Assembly: GCA_964252035.1 (NCBI GenBank)
Contig: OZ176204.1
Reading direction: 5' to 3' (one strand)
DNA: 64,000 bases
Source of the DNA: Podarcis erhardii
Taxonomy: Eukaryota
Shown here: positions 26,150 to 39,909 of the stretch, in pieces
Layout: the number at the start of each line of letters is the position of its first letter
Position numbering within the stretch: position 1 is the first letter of the stretch
The notes under the pieces: generated by a model
Databases searched by the model: none
What the model was told of the DNA's origin: nothing
What the model saw: only the letters and a program-made list of their open reading frames with translations
Program-made: the position numbers and the translations under genes

Positions 26150-26400
26150 CCCCCCATCTGTGAAATGTTCTCCCCAGGGAAATGCACCTGGTGCCATCAT
26201 TATTACTCAGGCCGTTGCTAATCATTGGCTCCTATGGTGATGGTCACCTTTAGCGGGATGGATAAATGTTTTAAGTATTTTGGATTTCATTGTTTTAAAT
26301 TTTCTGGTTTTAATTGTTTTATCTGTGGTCTGTTATCTTGTTAAGTTGCTCTGAGACTTTCTTTTGTGTAAATCAACTAACAAATATAAGTAATAACAAG
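26150..26400 (+). mobile_element. Old L2 LINE 3' fragment
   Basis: T-rich 3' UTR ending tgttaagttgctctgagact...aaatataagtaataacaag. Confidence 0.5.
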
Positions 26401-27764
26401 AACTCCAGCAGCAAACAGAGGCGTGTATTCCAAGCCTCTCAGGAAAAAAAACCCCAGAAAGAGGCAAAGCTTAATTGTCCCTGTTGGATTGGCACAGCTT
26501 TTAAACAGATCACCTCACTTTCTGAAGATGTGTAAGCCTCAATTTGTGGGCAGAAATGGCACACAAAAATACCTGTTAGGGGCGTTGCAAAAAGAGAGGT
26601 CCAGCAGGCAAGGGAATAGCTGCAACGGTTTTTAAGCCAAGAACACGGCAGGGAGCAGCTCTTCCACAAATCTCAGTTCCCCATTCTTACACTCTGTTGA
26701 GGACCAGTATTTATACCCTCTTTGTCATTAGAAGCCTGGCATTTGCAGAGGTTTTGACTGAACCGTCTTCTCTTTCCACAATTGACAAATGCAGTTTAGA
26801 ATTTATGTAATTTGAAGATCTAGGCTGAGGCCACTCACAGCAGGAATAGAGCTGGCTCCTTTGATAAATCTGCTTTGTTCTTCGTTCAGATATACCCTGC
26901 TCCAGATTTCTCTGCAGCTTGTCCCCCCCCCCCCAGAAATAGCAGCTCCCACCCTGCTACTGCCTGCCGTATCTTAGGGATGCAAGATGTGGGTGGTAGT
27001 GTGAGGTCAATCCCTGAACAAGCCGCAACTTGTGGCAACGGTCTTCCACATTACCAATTTCTCTGCACCTCAGTAAGTAGGAACAACACTTGAGTTGCAA
27101 GTGACAAACTGCAATACAGGAGGCTGTCTAAGAAGTGAGCATCACATTACAGTTGCTATGAAGCAAATGAAGGGTGTCAGTCCAAGAATTTTTAGGAACA
27201 GGCTGGTTTTGTCCACTTGGTGGAAATCCTCACTACTGTCAAAGATTTAGACATGTTGTTCTCATGAACCAAGAGCCCGTGATGTTCTCTGCAAAAATGA
27301 ATTATTTCCCAATCATTCCAAAAGACAGATTTTTGTCCATGTATAGAAGAAACATGGCTTTTATTAAGCAACTTGTGAGAATTTAAGCTCTTGTGCTTGT
27401 ATGGTCAAATACAGTTTTGCAAATAAGAAGATCAGGTAACTGTTCCAACTCAGCCATGTTGTGGTATGTGGTTGTTTCTGGAACTACAGTCAGAGATGCT
27501 GATCTGAGGCAGGTACCAGACCTCTTGCACAGTGAGTTAAAAAGCAAACAAACATCTATCCCAGCCACATTGGTATCCTATTAATATGGAAGGCAGAGAC
27601 AGCATCCAAAACACATCACCAGTATGATAATTGAACGAACTCCTTGAACTATCAAGGGAACATAGAGGTGCAAAAAAGGCTGTTTCTGATGGAATAAAAT
27701 CCTACTGAATTACTGACAGACTTTATATTTTATAGTGTTAGAATACATTTCCTGATAAATCAGT

Positions 27765-28251
27765 ATTGGCTTTCCTAATATAAACATCACATGGCAGGAC
27801 AGAGTCTCAAACAAAGATGTGCTCTTCCAAGCCAACATTCTCAGCATGTTCACACTTCTGTCTCAGTGACATCTACAGTGGCTTGGTCTTGGACACAGAA
27901 TGGAAGATGGCAGGATCCCCAAAAAGCTGGCTCCAGGCTCCAGGCCTGCTGGCAGATCAACCCTGTGTTATAAAACATGATATGAAGGCTGGCAACATTA
28001 AAACTGCAGTGTCTGGAGACAGTCAGCAGTGACAAGAGGAGAAATGACCGCTGGGAGGACCAGAGAGAGAAGAAACACCATGGTACACGTGCACCAGCAG
28101 AAGTGAACACCTTCATCTGCCCCAGCTGCATCAAAACAGGTCTCTCATATTGGTCTCTACAGCTACAGCAGGGGCTATACACTCTCCAACAATTTGACTT
28201 ACCCCAATGGCACACTCTTCCATTGTCTATCGAGATGATGGATGTCAACAA
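27765..28251 (+). mobile_element. Decayed RTE-clade LINE 3' fragment
   Basis: Translates INITWQDRVSNKDVLFQANILSMFTLLSQ*HLQWLGLGHRMEDGRIPK, then a frameshifted C-terminal Zn-finger remnant FICPSC. 3' end ccattgtctatcgaga...caacaa. Confidence 0.85.
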
Positions 28252-30149
28252 TATAAAAAGATGGTGTTTGGGGCGTGCGTGCTATGAATGTGCCTGATTT
28301 GGGTAAGCGGCACTAAAAAAATTCAGATTATTATATTCTGCATATCAGGAACACTTCTATATAAAACGTCACAGGTTTTAACCATGCTATGCACCCATCA
28401 AGGGTACTTCGGGGTGGGGGCTATAGTCTAAATGCTCTTTCATGAGTCACATTTCTTGTGCACATGTAAAGATAGCCTATTTGTTGCAACATTTGAAAAT
28501 GATGTTCCTTATGAGGAGGGAACCCGTCAGATTCTCGCTTTAAGAAGGAACTTGTAACCATTTTCACACAGGTATGTATTGTTGAAGATTAGATCTATCT
28601 TTCACCATGTTATCACTGAATAGGCCTTCACTCCATGACCTCTCTTATAGGTTTAGTAACAAGAAAAAAAAAAAAAAAACGCCCCACGGCAAGGAAATAA
28701 TTGTAGCTCTGGGGACTGTGGAACTGCATATATGGGAAATCGAAAAGTGTTAAGATTTTAATAGCTACCTTGGAAACAAGGAAGGTTGTGCAATTAGTGC
28801 CCCTATTTTGCTTTTCCCCCCTCCTAATTTGAGCACACAAAGGGGGTCATACAAACTTGCAGTAATATCTGTCATGAGGTTATTTCAGAAACAGCTGAGA
28901 AGATAGGCCAAAGATTCAATTGCCTTAGTTTCTTTTGAAAGTGGCAACCTATATTATCCCTGTAACAGAAAGCTGATGGAAGTTATAGTCCAAAACACAT
29001 CTGGCACACACCAGGTTGGGGAAGACCATCCTAACCAAAGCCCTTTCAAAGCAAAATATACTGAACTGCTAGACCTGCAGTGTTTACCCTCCAGAATACA
29101 GCTAGATGGGACGGATCAGCCCAATGAGTTTGATTTAAACAGCTATTTCCTATGCATTCTTCCAAAACAAAGTTAATTAAGCACTGTATGTCACAAAAAT
29201 GGTCCTACACTTATCATGCCCATCCATTATCCAAAAGCATGTCTCTGGAAACTATTAGCTGCTAATATAATTTCTTCCTGTAATTGAAAGACTTATCACT
29301 TTTAACTGGAAAGCAGTGACTGCATCTGTACATAAAACAACAGATAATTGACAAATTTTACAAGAGTGTTCTAATTAATACAGAAAAAGCTGAAAAATTG
29401 TATCAGTCTGCAGACAGCATCTTAAGAATTTGCTGATGCAGCTGAAGTCTCTGCTGGAATTAATTCCTAGAAGCAGCAAAGACAAAGTATGTAACTAAAT
29501 AATTAGATGTTAAATAAAAACAAAACACTCAGCACATTTTGTAACTGTTTCTAGATTTCTAGACTGTGACTGGACCACCCACAATATTCATCTGAGATCC
29601 ATTAACAGTGTTCAGCTCAATTCCACCAAAATCCCAATTCCTCATTCAAGAGTAATTATTTACTAAATTAAATTTGCATACTTTCTGAACTATTGTGTAA
29701 TTTACTGCAACACTTAGTCTTTCATAGTGTGCTGAACATTTAGGTGAGGCCTTGGGGAAGCGAGAAAGCAAGGTAAAAGGTAATATATAACTGCACAAAT
29801 GACAAGGGAAGGGAATTGTGCATAAACACTACTCCTGACCAAGAGAAGCTTTGTCCAAGTTTCCATGGTTTCTATTTATTTATTTTTAATCCCTCCCTCA
29901 ACTTCTTTTCAATTCAGCCTAATGTTCCTTAGAGCACTCAACACATTAACAGGCATCGTGTTATCTCAGCAAATGAAGTAGTAGTGAATGTATCTAAATC
30001 TAGTTTCATTTAAGGCATTTATTAAAGAACATGCACATTAGAACCATCACATGAATGGGCCTTCACAGTTATGGCTAGTGTACAGTGTGCATTCCTAGAA
30101 ATTTCAGATCTGGCCATATGACACATGTCTTGGTTACATTTCATCTGGA

Positions 30150-30260
30150 CTACTGTATTTTCACTCTGTGTAGGGTTGCCTATGTAGAGTGCTTGGAAAC
30201 TTCAGCTGGTTCAGAATGCTGCAGCCGAGATGCTAACGGGGGCTGGTTATAGGCAGTATG
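30150..30260 (+). mobile_element. L2 LINE ORF2 fragment
   Basis: Translates GLPM*SAWKLQLVQNAAAEMLTG, the L2 LQLVQNAAAR motif. A probable L2 3' end lies nearby at about 30600-30765. Confidence 0.75.
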
Positions 30261-31177
30261 TGACTTCTTCATGTAACATCTTCACTGGCCATCAGTCTAT
30301 TTCCAAGTGCAATTCAAACTGCTGGTGATGCTCAACAATGCCTTAAACAGCTTTGGTTGAGGTGACCCTAAGGAGCACTTTCTCCCATACAAATGTGCCT
30401 GGGTTTTAAGATCTATAGAAGAGGCTCCTCTTTCTGTCCTGCCACCATTCATTTGGTAGAACTTGAAAAGGGTCCTTTTTAGTGGCTGCACAGGCCCTGG
30501 AACTCCCTTCTTAGGAAGCCTTATTTCTCTAGCGATCTTTTGACAAGTGAACACCTTTCTAATTAGACAGCCTTTGGCCAGTTCCACTGATCTGTTTCAT
30601 CTACTGCCTGCCTTTTGTTAAATAGCCACTGCTTTATTGATCTGTTTTTTACTTGTTCTATAAACAGCTGAGTATTTTGTGCAATTACTTTATTTTGCAT
30701 TGTATCTCATTTGTTGTTGTTATCTTGAACACTATTGTGTGGAAAGGCGGAATAGAAATTTAAAGCAGTAGCCCTGGACTAAAACCAGCATCCACAACAG
30801 TTACATAGTTAGCGCCTGATCAATCGAAGTGCCCTACTCCGTTTTATTGTAGAGGCATAGAACACACAATGCCAGAATTTGAAGCAGGAGACCACTTTTC
30901 CACAGACAAATATGCTGAGCTGTAGACAGAATGGCTAAGCAGGCTGTGGTTCATGATCCAAATTGAAAGGTTTTTACAGCAGTGCTGTCTCAGACTATCA
31001 GCAGTTATCCGTACGACTAACCACAGAATCAAGTCATTCTCGTATGTTAGTTCAAGCAGATGGAGCTATCAGTTGAGTCTCACTACATTCTTCAGATAAT
31101 GTATTACGGATACTAAACTCAACTAGCAGAAATTACAAATGAGTAGAAGTAGGACCAAACTGGGGGTGGGGGAGGGG

Positions 31178-31252
31178 AGAGGAGGAGGAGGAGGAGAATC
31201 TTCTTCTTCTTCTTCTTCTTCTTCTTCTTCTTCTTCTTCTTCTTCTTCTTCT
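31178..31252. repeat. (GGA)n followed by (TCT)18 microsatellite
   Basis: Read directly from the sequence. Confidence 0.95.
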
Positions 31253-31844
31253 ACATGGTATTTGGGGAAGACAGGTTACTGTCCTGGAGTCCAGCTCCTC
31301 CCTCAGGCAGGCCTAGCAAGTATGCTGTTAAAAATGGTCTTAGGTTCTCACTCTGTGTGGGTGTGTGTACCATTCTGGCAACAGTAAAGTAGCTGGAGCC
31401 CTTTAAAGAGGATACACAACTGAACCTGGCAAGACATTCTCTTCCCAGACAAATTTGGCTCTTTTTACTTTAGCTGTGCTCTCTATTGTTTACTGTATAC
31501 ATTCATCAGTTCAGCTGGAAGGAACACATATGAATTAAGTGTTCATAGCTTTTAAAAACATCCCTCAGTAGCCAAAGTGAATGATTTGCATTAACCAAGG
31601 GTATACTTTCAAAAATAAACCAAATATTTGCCAACTTCAAAACTGTTCAAAACAAAATTGCACTGCCACCTGGGCCTAGTTTGCATTTTCAATGCAACAA
31701 AGAATTTCTGGTGAGCGATAAAATTCATGGGAATTTTGTTGTAGTAATGGGTGGCTTCAAGTATCCTCACATAAAATGGCTGCATATGCGTTCCACCCAT
31801 GACAAAAGGTAAAATGTCTAGACTCCCTAAATGACTGTGCTGTA

Positions 31845-32112
31845 GAACTGTTGGCCATCAACATGGATGGCTTTAAAATAGGATTATCATGGAGAAGAAG
31901 GCTGTCAATGGCTACTAGCCATGATGGCTATGCTCTGCCTCCATGGTTGGAAGCAGTATGCTTCTGAATATCAACTGCTGGAATCCACAAGAGAGGCAAG
32001 TGCTTTTGTGCTTGGGTCCTATTTGCCAGCATCTGGTTGGTCAGTGTGATGACTGGATGCTGGACTTGATGGGCCATTGGCCTGATCCAACAAATGCTTC
32101 TTATGTTCTTAA
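31845..32112 (+). mobile_element. CR1 LINE 3' fragment
   Basis: gatggctttaaaataggatta...tcaatggctactagccatg...gatgggccattggcctgatcca...cttcttatgttctta. Confidence 0.8.
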
Positions 32113-35100
32113 GATTTCGTGTCCATTTCCAGTTTCTTTCTAATGAAGGTGATACACAGCTGCTCACCATCAACTCTACTCCTCGCTGAAGCAGGGGCAA
32201 GAGCTTGTCTGACATCATCCTGAACTTTGGGTTGTGCTGCAAGTGCATCCAAAGAATAACTTGATAACAGAGGGAAACCTCTGCCCTTCTCCCAAGCTCA
32301 GAGCTAGAGAGGGAATTGGGGCTCATACTCACCAGAGAGAGGAGCAACACTCCCATGATAAGTGAATTTGCATAGTGTTCTATTACATGAAATTCTGAGG
32401 CTAACAAGAATATACCCCTAAATGGCAAGTAAATGTCTTTGACAGAATTAGAACAATATTGTCCTTTTCTTCCTGATCCCTCCTCTCTGATGGAAAAGAA
32501 TAACACCTTGGGAGAATCAACACCTTGGGAGAACCTGGATCTTGCAACCAAAGGATACATAGCATTAATAGAAATGGGTGGGTGGAACAGCCACTCTCAT
32601 CTTCCAATGAAGAGCTAATAACTTATTAGAACACCAGAATCTTGTTGACACTTTCTATCTTACATTTTCTTTCATGGGAATGTTCCTAACCAAATCATAA
32701 ATGTGACCAACACCATATTGTAGGGATTTTGGATACAGAGATTAGGACTCAGGCTCGTTAGCCTCCAAAAAGGGATGCATATGTCCTCTTCCAGTCAGAT
32801 GTAAGGCAAGGCAGGAGCTGCAGAACCATGGATAGCTCTGAGCAAGCAACTTACTCATTCAACAAAGGTTGAGAGCAGACTGAGTCTTCTTTAGTCTCTG
32901 CTACCCAGACTGCCTTTCCCAGGCTCCTTGCCTTTGTGGATAACTTTAGATTTTAAAGGGTCAATCCTCTGCCTGGAAGACAGGCACTCTTCCTCCCTGT
33001 GCTGCTATTGTGAGAGGCATTTTGTTCCTCAGGCTCAGGGGGAAGGCTCCCATTAGGGTATTGGCTCTGGTCCTATAGATCCTGGTGGTGTGAGAGATTG
33101 TTCTGGGTGCTCCCGTCAGTCAGCCTCACTGGTCTTCCAATCTCCAACAGCAGGCTCAGAGCCCTAAATCTGGTTCAGCTCCTTAGCTGCAGCCTCTGCA
33201 GCCTCAGAGTCTGGTTTGCTGCTAGACTCTAGAGTCATGACACAGCCAGGACCCCAAAGCCAACACAGCTGGAAATCTGGGGAGAAGATAGTCTTTCATT
33301 TGCTTTACTGCACAGTAGACAACATTATTGTTGCAATACTCCAAGAGGCTAGCAAATCACTTCTCCACACAGCCCAGATCCTCATGAGGACACAGCAAAA
33401 TGGTCTAGCAGTAGTTCAAAGTTACCAACTAGAACAGGCCTTGTGCTGTGCACTGTTCAAGACGGTAAAGGGGGCAGGGACCACAGTCTGACATGGGCAG
33501 AGTTTCAGTGAAGAGGAAAAATGATGTGGTTGGAGGTGGAGAGGAGAGTACAAAAAACCCACAGTTCCTCCACCTAGGTTTACTCTCAGATTTTGCAAAG
33601 ATGCAAGCATGTATTAGCAACGGCAGTAATTTCCCGCTGGCTCCCAGCCTGGCCATTAAATGGGCTGAATTTAAAAGTGTTTTAGCAGCACAACACCCAT
33701 TCAAGTCAATGAGAATCACGTGGCTACAATTCACTAGGGAAAATACCATTTATGCTGCTTGCACTCTTTTTGCTTATTCAATCCAGGCACATTAGCACTT
33801 CTCTCAACCCCCCCCCTTCTCAAAAATTATTGTTCTTTTAAACAAACACTATTGTTTCTTTATTCCCTATCATTCCAAAGCAATACCAGTCCTTTCTTTG
33901 ACAGTTGCTACGGCAAAATTAGTGTTATAACCCATAGTAAGGTTAGTTCTGGATCACGAGTACTACTACCATGATTTGTGTAACAGGTCACTGAGGCTGG
34001 GCACCAAGATAAATTGCTTCTTAGGACTACAACTGACAAAAAGGGAGCACAATAACATCATGGGGCATCTTCAACAGATGCAAACTGCAGTTAGGAAGTG
34101 GGAAGGCAAAGCTCAAACAGGCAATGGTGATCAGAAGGAAGGATCACTGGCGCAGCTGCAGGGAAGGGTGAGATAGCTCTCACACCAGAGGATATCACCT
34201 CCAACTGAACCTACTCCCGTTGCCTAAAAAATTATAAGCTTCCACAGAGCAAAACTGAAAAGGGTCTATGTTATATATTGAGATGCTTTGTTTAATCAAA
34301 AGGTCAATACACTTTTCCTTTTTATTTAACTGAATTTATCTCCCCCACTTCCACAGCAAAATGCAGATAATCTTGCCTACAGAATCCATAATAGTTACCA
34401 CTCCCTGTTTTTATGCAGTGCACTGGGGGGGGGGGAGGGAGTAGGGGCACAGGTACAACCCAGGGAGTTAATGTCTGAAGCAGAAGAGAACCAACAGTTG
34501 GTTTGTTTTTGTTGTTAATCACAGCAGGGATGATCCTCAGGCTTTTGAACAAGTTCCAGCTCCGGTAATTCAATCCCGATTCCCTAAAGTGCACCCTGCA
34601 GATTTAATCAGGGGAGCAATTCGTTGCTGTACCCTTCATGATACCACTGCCAATGCAAAACATCTGCCAAACTCCACCCTAGAGGCTGCTGCAGGTCCAG
34701 GCAAGGCAGCTGACTTCTCTGTGCTGTGCACACACATACAAGCCTGATAGATTTCTTCTGGATGAAATTACCCTTACAAAACAAAGAGCCAGTATTAACC
34801 TTTGTCCCTACAGTGCAAGCAAAAAGCTTTTAGAGACTTGGGAGCTGCAGACCCACTGTTGGGAATGGACAGACAAGTCCCAGATATCTGTGGGGCAATG
34901 TGAGGAAGCACATCTCTTAGAGGGTGGGGGAGGGGCAGCTCAGAGGACTCCCAATGAGAGGGGAGAGGAGGCTGAGGGAACACTCCACAAGTGAGCGTGT
35001 TCGAGAAAGAGTGAGAGGGTGCCAGCTCTGCAGGCAAGGGGTGACATAACTCAAAAAGGTTGAAAACCTCTGATCTAGGCATATGGCTCCCCATCAAGGA

Positions 35101-35782
35101 TGAGGGAATGAGTAGAACTGTAAGCCCTGATAGTGAGGTAGGCTTTGGAAAAGATAACCCTTCATGGCCATGAGCAAACTTACATGCTAGTCTCATCATT
35201 GCAACCTTTATTAAGTACAACTCAGAAAATAAGGGGGGAAAGTGCCAGTCAGGTTTTTCAAGGGTGTAAAAAGCACTGCCCCCCAACAAAAAAAGTTCTC
35301 AAGCAATGGTTAAGGCAGGAGAGAATAGTACTATGCACAACTATTAGACTAAGAATTTACAGCTAATACCCCAAAATCCACTTCTTCAATATCCCCCACC
35401 AAGTAGTGCACAAATCCAACATGCCAAACCATATCTGCTAAGGCTTGGGGGTGGACTCTGTAGGGGCTACTAAAGAAATGCTGGGTGGATCTTAAACAAG
35501 CCATTCTGTTTAAGATTTTGGAAAGTGGTTGCATCAGTCTCTCATGGCTATAAAAGAAAATTCTGCCCTCCTCTCTACAAAGAGGCAGAGAATCAATAGG
35601 ATTCCAAGTATACAATAAAAATTAGGGCAATCCTCTTTTATAGTGCCAGTCTTGGTGTCCAAATATCTGCCTTAAAAATAGACAGAGAGGGGAATTGTGC
35701 AGCTCTCCAGACTGCAGCCCAATATTCTGATGTTACAGTATTTACAGCCCTGAGTAACCTTATTTACAACCTGTATGTACAT

Positions 35783-35860
35783 CCATGGGGAACCTCTGGC
35801 TGGAGTTGATGGAAGCTGCAGACCAACATATGGAAGGCCAGAGGTCGCCTGCCACCCCTG
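35783..35860. mobile_element. Internally deleted hAT MITE
   Basis: catggggaacctctggc...ggaaggccagaggt...cccctg resembles the ends of the 12887/36137 family. Confidence 0.45.
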
Positions 35861-36011
35861 GCCTAAATGAAAAAAGAAAAGAAAAGAAGCGGCGCATTCA
35901 AATCATTTAAGATTTTCTTATCAGTGAAAGAAGCATTTCATAGAAAACATTTAGGAATTCTGGCCTGTACTGCCAACCAACTGTGTTACATGTGAGCCTA
36001 AAGAATGCTCA

Positions 36012-36312
36012 AGGCTCAGTAGTACAGTGTCTCCTTAGTATGCAGAACCTGGTCTTCCAGGTTCAATTCCTGGTGTCTTCAGAAAGGGGTGGGAAAGACT
36101 CCCTTTCCTGGAGAACTACTACCAGTTGGTACAGAAAAGGATTGGGAAACCTCTGGCCCTCTAAATCCCATCAGCCCCAGCGAGCATGGCTCAGGGATGA
36201 CTGGAACTGTAGCCCTGCAAAATCTTGAGGGCCACAGATTTACCATCATTGGTGCAGAGAATACATGAGCTCAATGGCCTGATTCAATATAAAGCAGTTT
36301 CCTATATTCCTG
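36012..36312 (+). mobile_element. Old tRNA-derived SINE (Squam3-like) split by a MITE
   Basis: Head gctcagtagta...atgcagaa...ccaggttcaattcctgg. The body resumes after the MITE with gagctcaatggcctgattcaatataaagcagtttcctatattcct. Confidence 0.65.
36137..36251. mobile_element. hAT MITE nested in a SINE
   Basis: gggaaacctctggccctct...gagggccacagatttacc, with a degenerate 8-bp TSD gtacagaa/gtgcagag. Confidence 0.7.
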
Positions 36313-37275
36313 AGAGGGCCATCATTCTTTCTGCCTAACAATTCTCATGCAAGAATTAAAGTTACAGAGCTATAGCAAGGCACCAGGCATCTGAGAAGCC
36401 ATTAGCTCTGATTTTTTTTCTTTTTAAAAAAAGGTTCAGGGAAGTGGCCAAGCACTAAGAACTGATCATTAAAAGGAAAGGTGGATCTGACCTGGTGGTG
36501 TGAAAACAGTACAATTTAAAAGTTGCTGGAAAGGCAAAGGGACAGGACAAAAAGCCCACCCTCCACACACGGAGAAATGAGATTTGATTTATTCCGTGAC
36601 TCTGAGGCTTGTTCAATTTCCATTGTGAATTTCCACTGCATAAATTCAAGGGCTGCAAAAAGTCCCTGTTAGAAGCTGTCCAGAGCAATTGAAGGTGATG
36701 TGCACAATGATCTATGAACAGGCAGATTTCAAAGCCTCACTGGGGTATTTTAGCATATTTTTGCATATATGTTCAGCACACCAACCCTTCAGGAACATGT
36801 TGGGCATTAATTTACAAAATGCAATTAGATACAGCACATACACAACTCCTTACCATCAATGATTTATCAATTTAGTTAGCTCCCTTCACTTCATCTGGTT
36901 AATTTCCTCTGATTACATAGCATTGCATACAGAGACAAGCCTGTATTTCCTAAGTTTTAGAAGGATTAGATGACATTCAGAAATCATTTGCAAAAAGAAC
37001 ACAGAGGCTGCACAGCAGGGATTAATATGTTAGCTGCTTTTTCCTGTTATAAAATCACTCATTTGCTCCAAGTCAAATAGTTCTCTTTATTATTTTCTTG
37101 TCTTTATTTTCCTATTGCTTGGTTCCCCGCTCCTAATGGACTTGCCCCATTATCCCTTCTCAGCAGAATCATGTCTCTAGGTTGTATTCAACATAGTGCT
37201 AAAGTGAAAGCTCCATCAGCACAAAGATTTCTGCTTGACCAATAGAACATTCTCTCCCTTTTCTCCCCCTGCATG

Positions 37276-37494
37276 CAGAGCCTTAGCTAGGTGATCTTGC
37301 GCCCCTGGCAGAACCGTCCAGATTGCCCCCCCCAGCCGTGTCCTACAACCCCCCCTCCCTCCACCCATTCAATTCACCCTCTATTTAAAACCATTTCTTA
37401 TGAGGCAATACTCAATATTTATGAACATATTTTTAAGCTGATTTTGTGCGCCCCTGGCGGGGGTCCACCTCACCACCCCCTAGCTACAGCCCTG
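37276..37494. mobile_element. hAT MITE, second family
   Basis: Imperfect 16-bp TIRs cagagccttagctagg / cctagctacagccctg and a perfect 8-bp TSD cctgcatg at 37268-37275 and 37495-37502. Confidence 0.88.
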
Positions 37495-38688
37495 CCTGCA
37501 TGCCCCCTAAATTTATTCTAGGAGTTCCCCCAGCCCTCTGGAGTAGTTTAGGGGAGGGCACAGAACAGGAACAAGGGGGAAGAGAGGGGAGGAAGTCCTA
37601 GTGTGCAAGCAGAAATCCTTGCATTGACTGCATGTAGTAGCCAAAATACCACCCTCTGGTGATTTTGCCTACACAGAGATAATGCCCATAAAGGAAAAGC
37701 TGTGTATATCATTACTTATTTTTAAAGTCTGACACAAGTATTAATGTTGATGTGAATATATGATTTGGGAAGTTGACATGCAGAAGGAGACTTCCTCTTC
37801 TAAATTATTGTTTCTATACAAAACCCAGTATTTTAGCCTAACAAAGTCTTGAATCCTAGGACATCTGAGCAGCGATGTCTTCATCTAGCATTTAATTTCT
37901 TTTAGTAATACAGAGTGTAATTCAGAATCAATCCAGTCAACAATTTTATTAACTTACTTCAACAGCAGAGCAGCACTAGTCAGACAGTCCAGGTGGGAAA
38001 GGGACAGACTTAGAAGAATCAAGTGCTCACAACAATGTTCATGTTAACTCACTCTAAATGCCCAGACAGTTGAGAATTACAGGTGTTGTCACTGTGAATG
38101 GCACCTCTGAAGTCGTGCTGGACAGACATCAGCATAGCTTGGTGCTTTCAAAGACTCCACAACCATCTTTGGAAGACTGGCTTCAACATGTAGGGAGTCT
38201 ATGATTGCTTTTGCCTCTTCATGGCTGAAGTGCTAGAGGCAACCCCCAATGCTGGTGGATGGGGAGGAAGTGTGCTGGCATCATGCCTGTTCCCCTGCCC
38301 CCACTCCCAACTTGATAGATGAAAAATGCAGTGAGAATTCACACCTCTTCCTCAGTGAAGAGGGCCAGGAGGAAGGAGGAGATCGTGGTTCTTTGCCTTC
38401 TTTTCCTTTTGTGAAGTACAGAGGAAAAACGATTTCTGGAATGAAACACGTGTCTGGTCCGTCGCTTCTGTCTTCTGACCTCAGAGGGGAGGAAAAAGGA
38501 TGTTTCTCACTTCTCTCCTTCTCAACCATTTTAAATGATAGCCAAGAGTAACTTCTTCAGCCCATTAGGTTAGGTTTAAAACTTTCACTGCTGTAGGCAA
38601 TGTTGAACTGTTTATAGTGTTTGGCCACTGTCAAAGGGTTGATAAAATGATGGTGCAACAAGTAGGAGTATTAGAAGGAGATCCTGTA

Positions 38689-38904
38689 CAGTTGTACCTC
38701 GTTACATCAGTCTCCGGTAGCATTTTTTCAGGATACGAACGTGGCAAGCCTGGAAGTGTATACTTCTGGGTTTCACCGTGCACGCATGTGCATAAGCGCT
38801 CTGCGCGTCTCATGCATGCACAGAAGTGGCACTCTAGCTGCGGACCTTTCGGGGTGCAAACAGCACCCTGGAACGGATCGAGTCCGTAACTAGAGGTACC
38901 ACTG
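38689..38904. mobile_element. Tc1/mariner (pogo/Tigger-like) MITE, CpG-decayed copy
   Basis: TA|cagttgtacctc...gaggtaccactg|TA. Same family as 53480. Confidence 0.88.
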
Positions 38905-39909
38905 TATAAAGCTTCTTAACATGCTGATACAAAGGGGGCACTGGCACAAGGCTTAGCCACAACTGCTTAGGTGATGAAATACAGTAATGGCACTGAGTAG
39001 CCAAAGGCTTCTGAGCCTAAAGATTCCAAAGGCAGTGTTGATGAAGAGTTCAAGAAGCGCTACAAGGCTGATGCCTTCACAATGTTGACAAACTAGGCAA
39101 TGACAAGGACGGGCCAATTCAGAGAATTTGGAAGGGGTGGAAGAAGTCATGACACATTTGGTTTAGCAATACCCTATCCGTACAGAGTTGGAGGTGGGGA
39201 AGAGAATGGGAACAACAACTTACAGAACTACCAAATGATGAGAGATCCCTTTCTGCTGCTGCTCACTATGTGGTCATAAAGAAACTGAGCCAAAAGGTGT
39301 TGGTCAAACTCCCTCACTCCATGTAAAGAACACCAAATACCTGGGTAAAGAAGAGAGTGGTGGCAACTCTAATCTTCCAGAACTTTCTAGAATGTCCCAC
39401 TTCTAGACTGCACAGGCAGGTTTCCATATTTGGGATTGCACGGAATCCACAGTGCACAGCATGACCTACTTTATATTCCTGTATAACCTCCTGGAAAAGT
39501 AACTGCAGCAATTGTGACAGAGAAGCAGCAAGAGAGTTGTTTCATGCTGATAAAATAAAGCCCACGTCATGTCAAACTGCCTCCTCTGCACCAAAACTCA
39601 TGATAACTTGAGCGTGGGTCAGAAAAGGCTGAGAGCTTAAAAAAAATGTTTTTTTTTTAACTCTTCCTCTATGGGACAGCTATCTGTCCATCTAAAGATT
39701 CAATCCTCTTTTCCATGTTGGCACTGAAACTAGATAGTGGGGAATTTTATGGGGTCAAAAAGGATTGTCAATTCTCCTCTTAGCCAGATTCTGGGTGCTT
39801 ATAAAAAAGCCCTAAGCAACTTGGGACCCCATATTCAAAAGAGATATTAACCTGCTTGGGCATTAAGACTTATAGAGAAGTCAGTCTTTGTGATTCCACC
39901 TGCAAATTG

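Noticed and set aside
31928-32560. 210-aa minus-strand ORF
   Set aside because: Its 3' third is the antisense strand of a CR1 3' fragment, and there is no recognisable homology.
37299-37462. CTCF-like gcgcccctggc motifs inside the hAT MITE
   Set aside because: One G short of the core spacing (CCAGGGGCGC rather than CCAGGGGGCGC), so not called without a matrix score.
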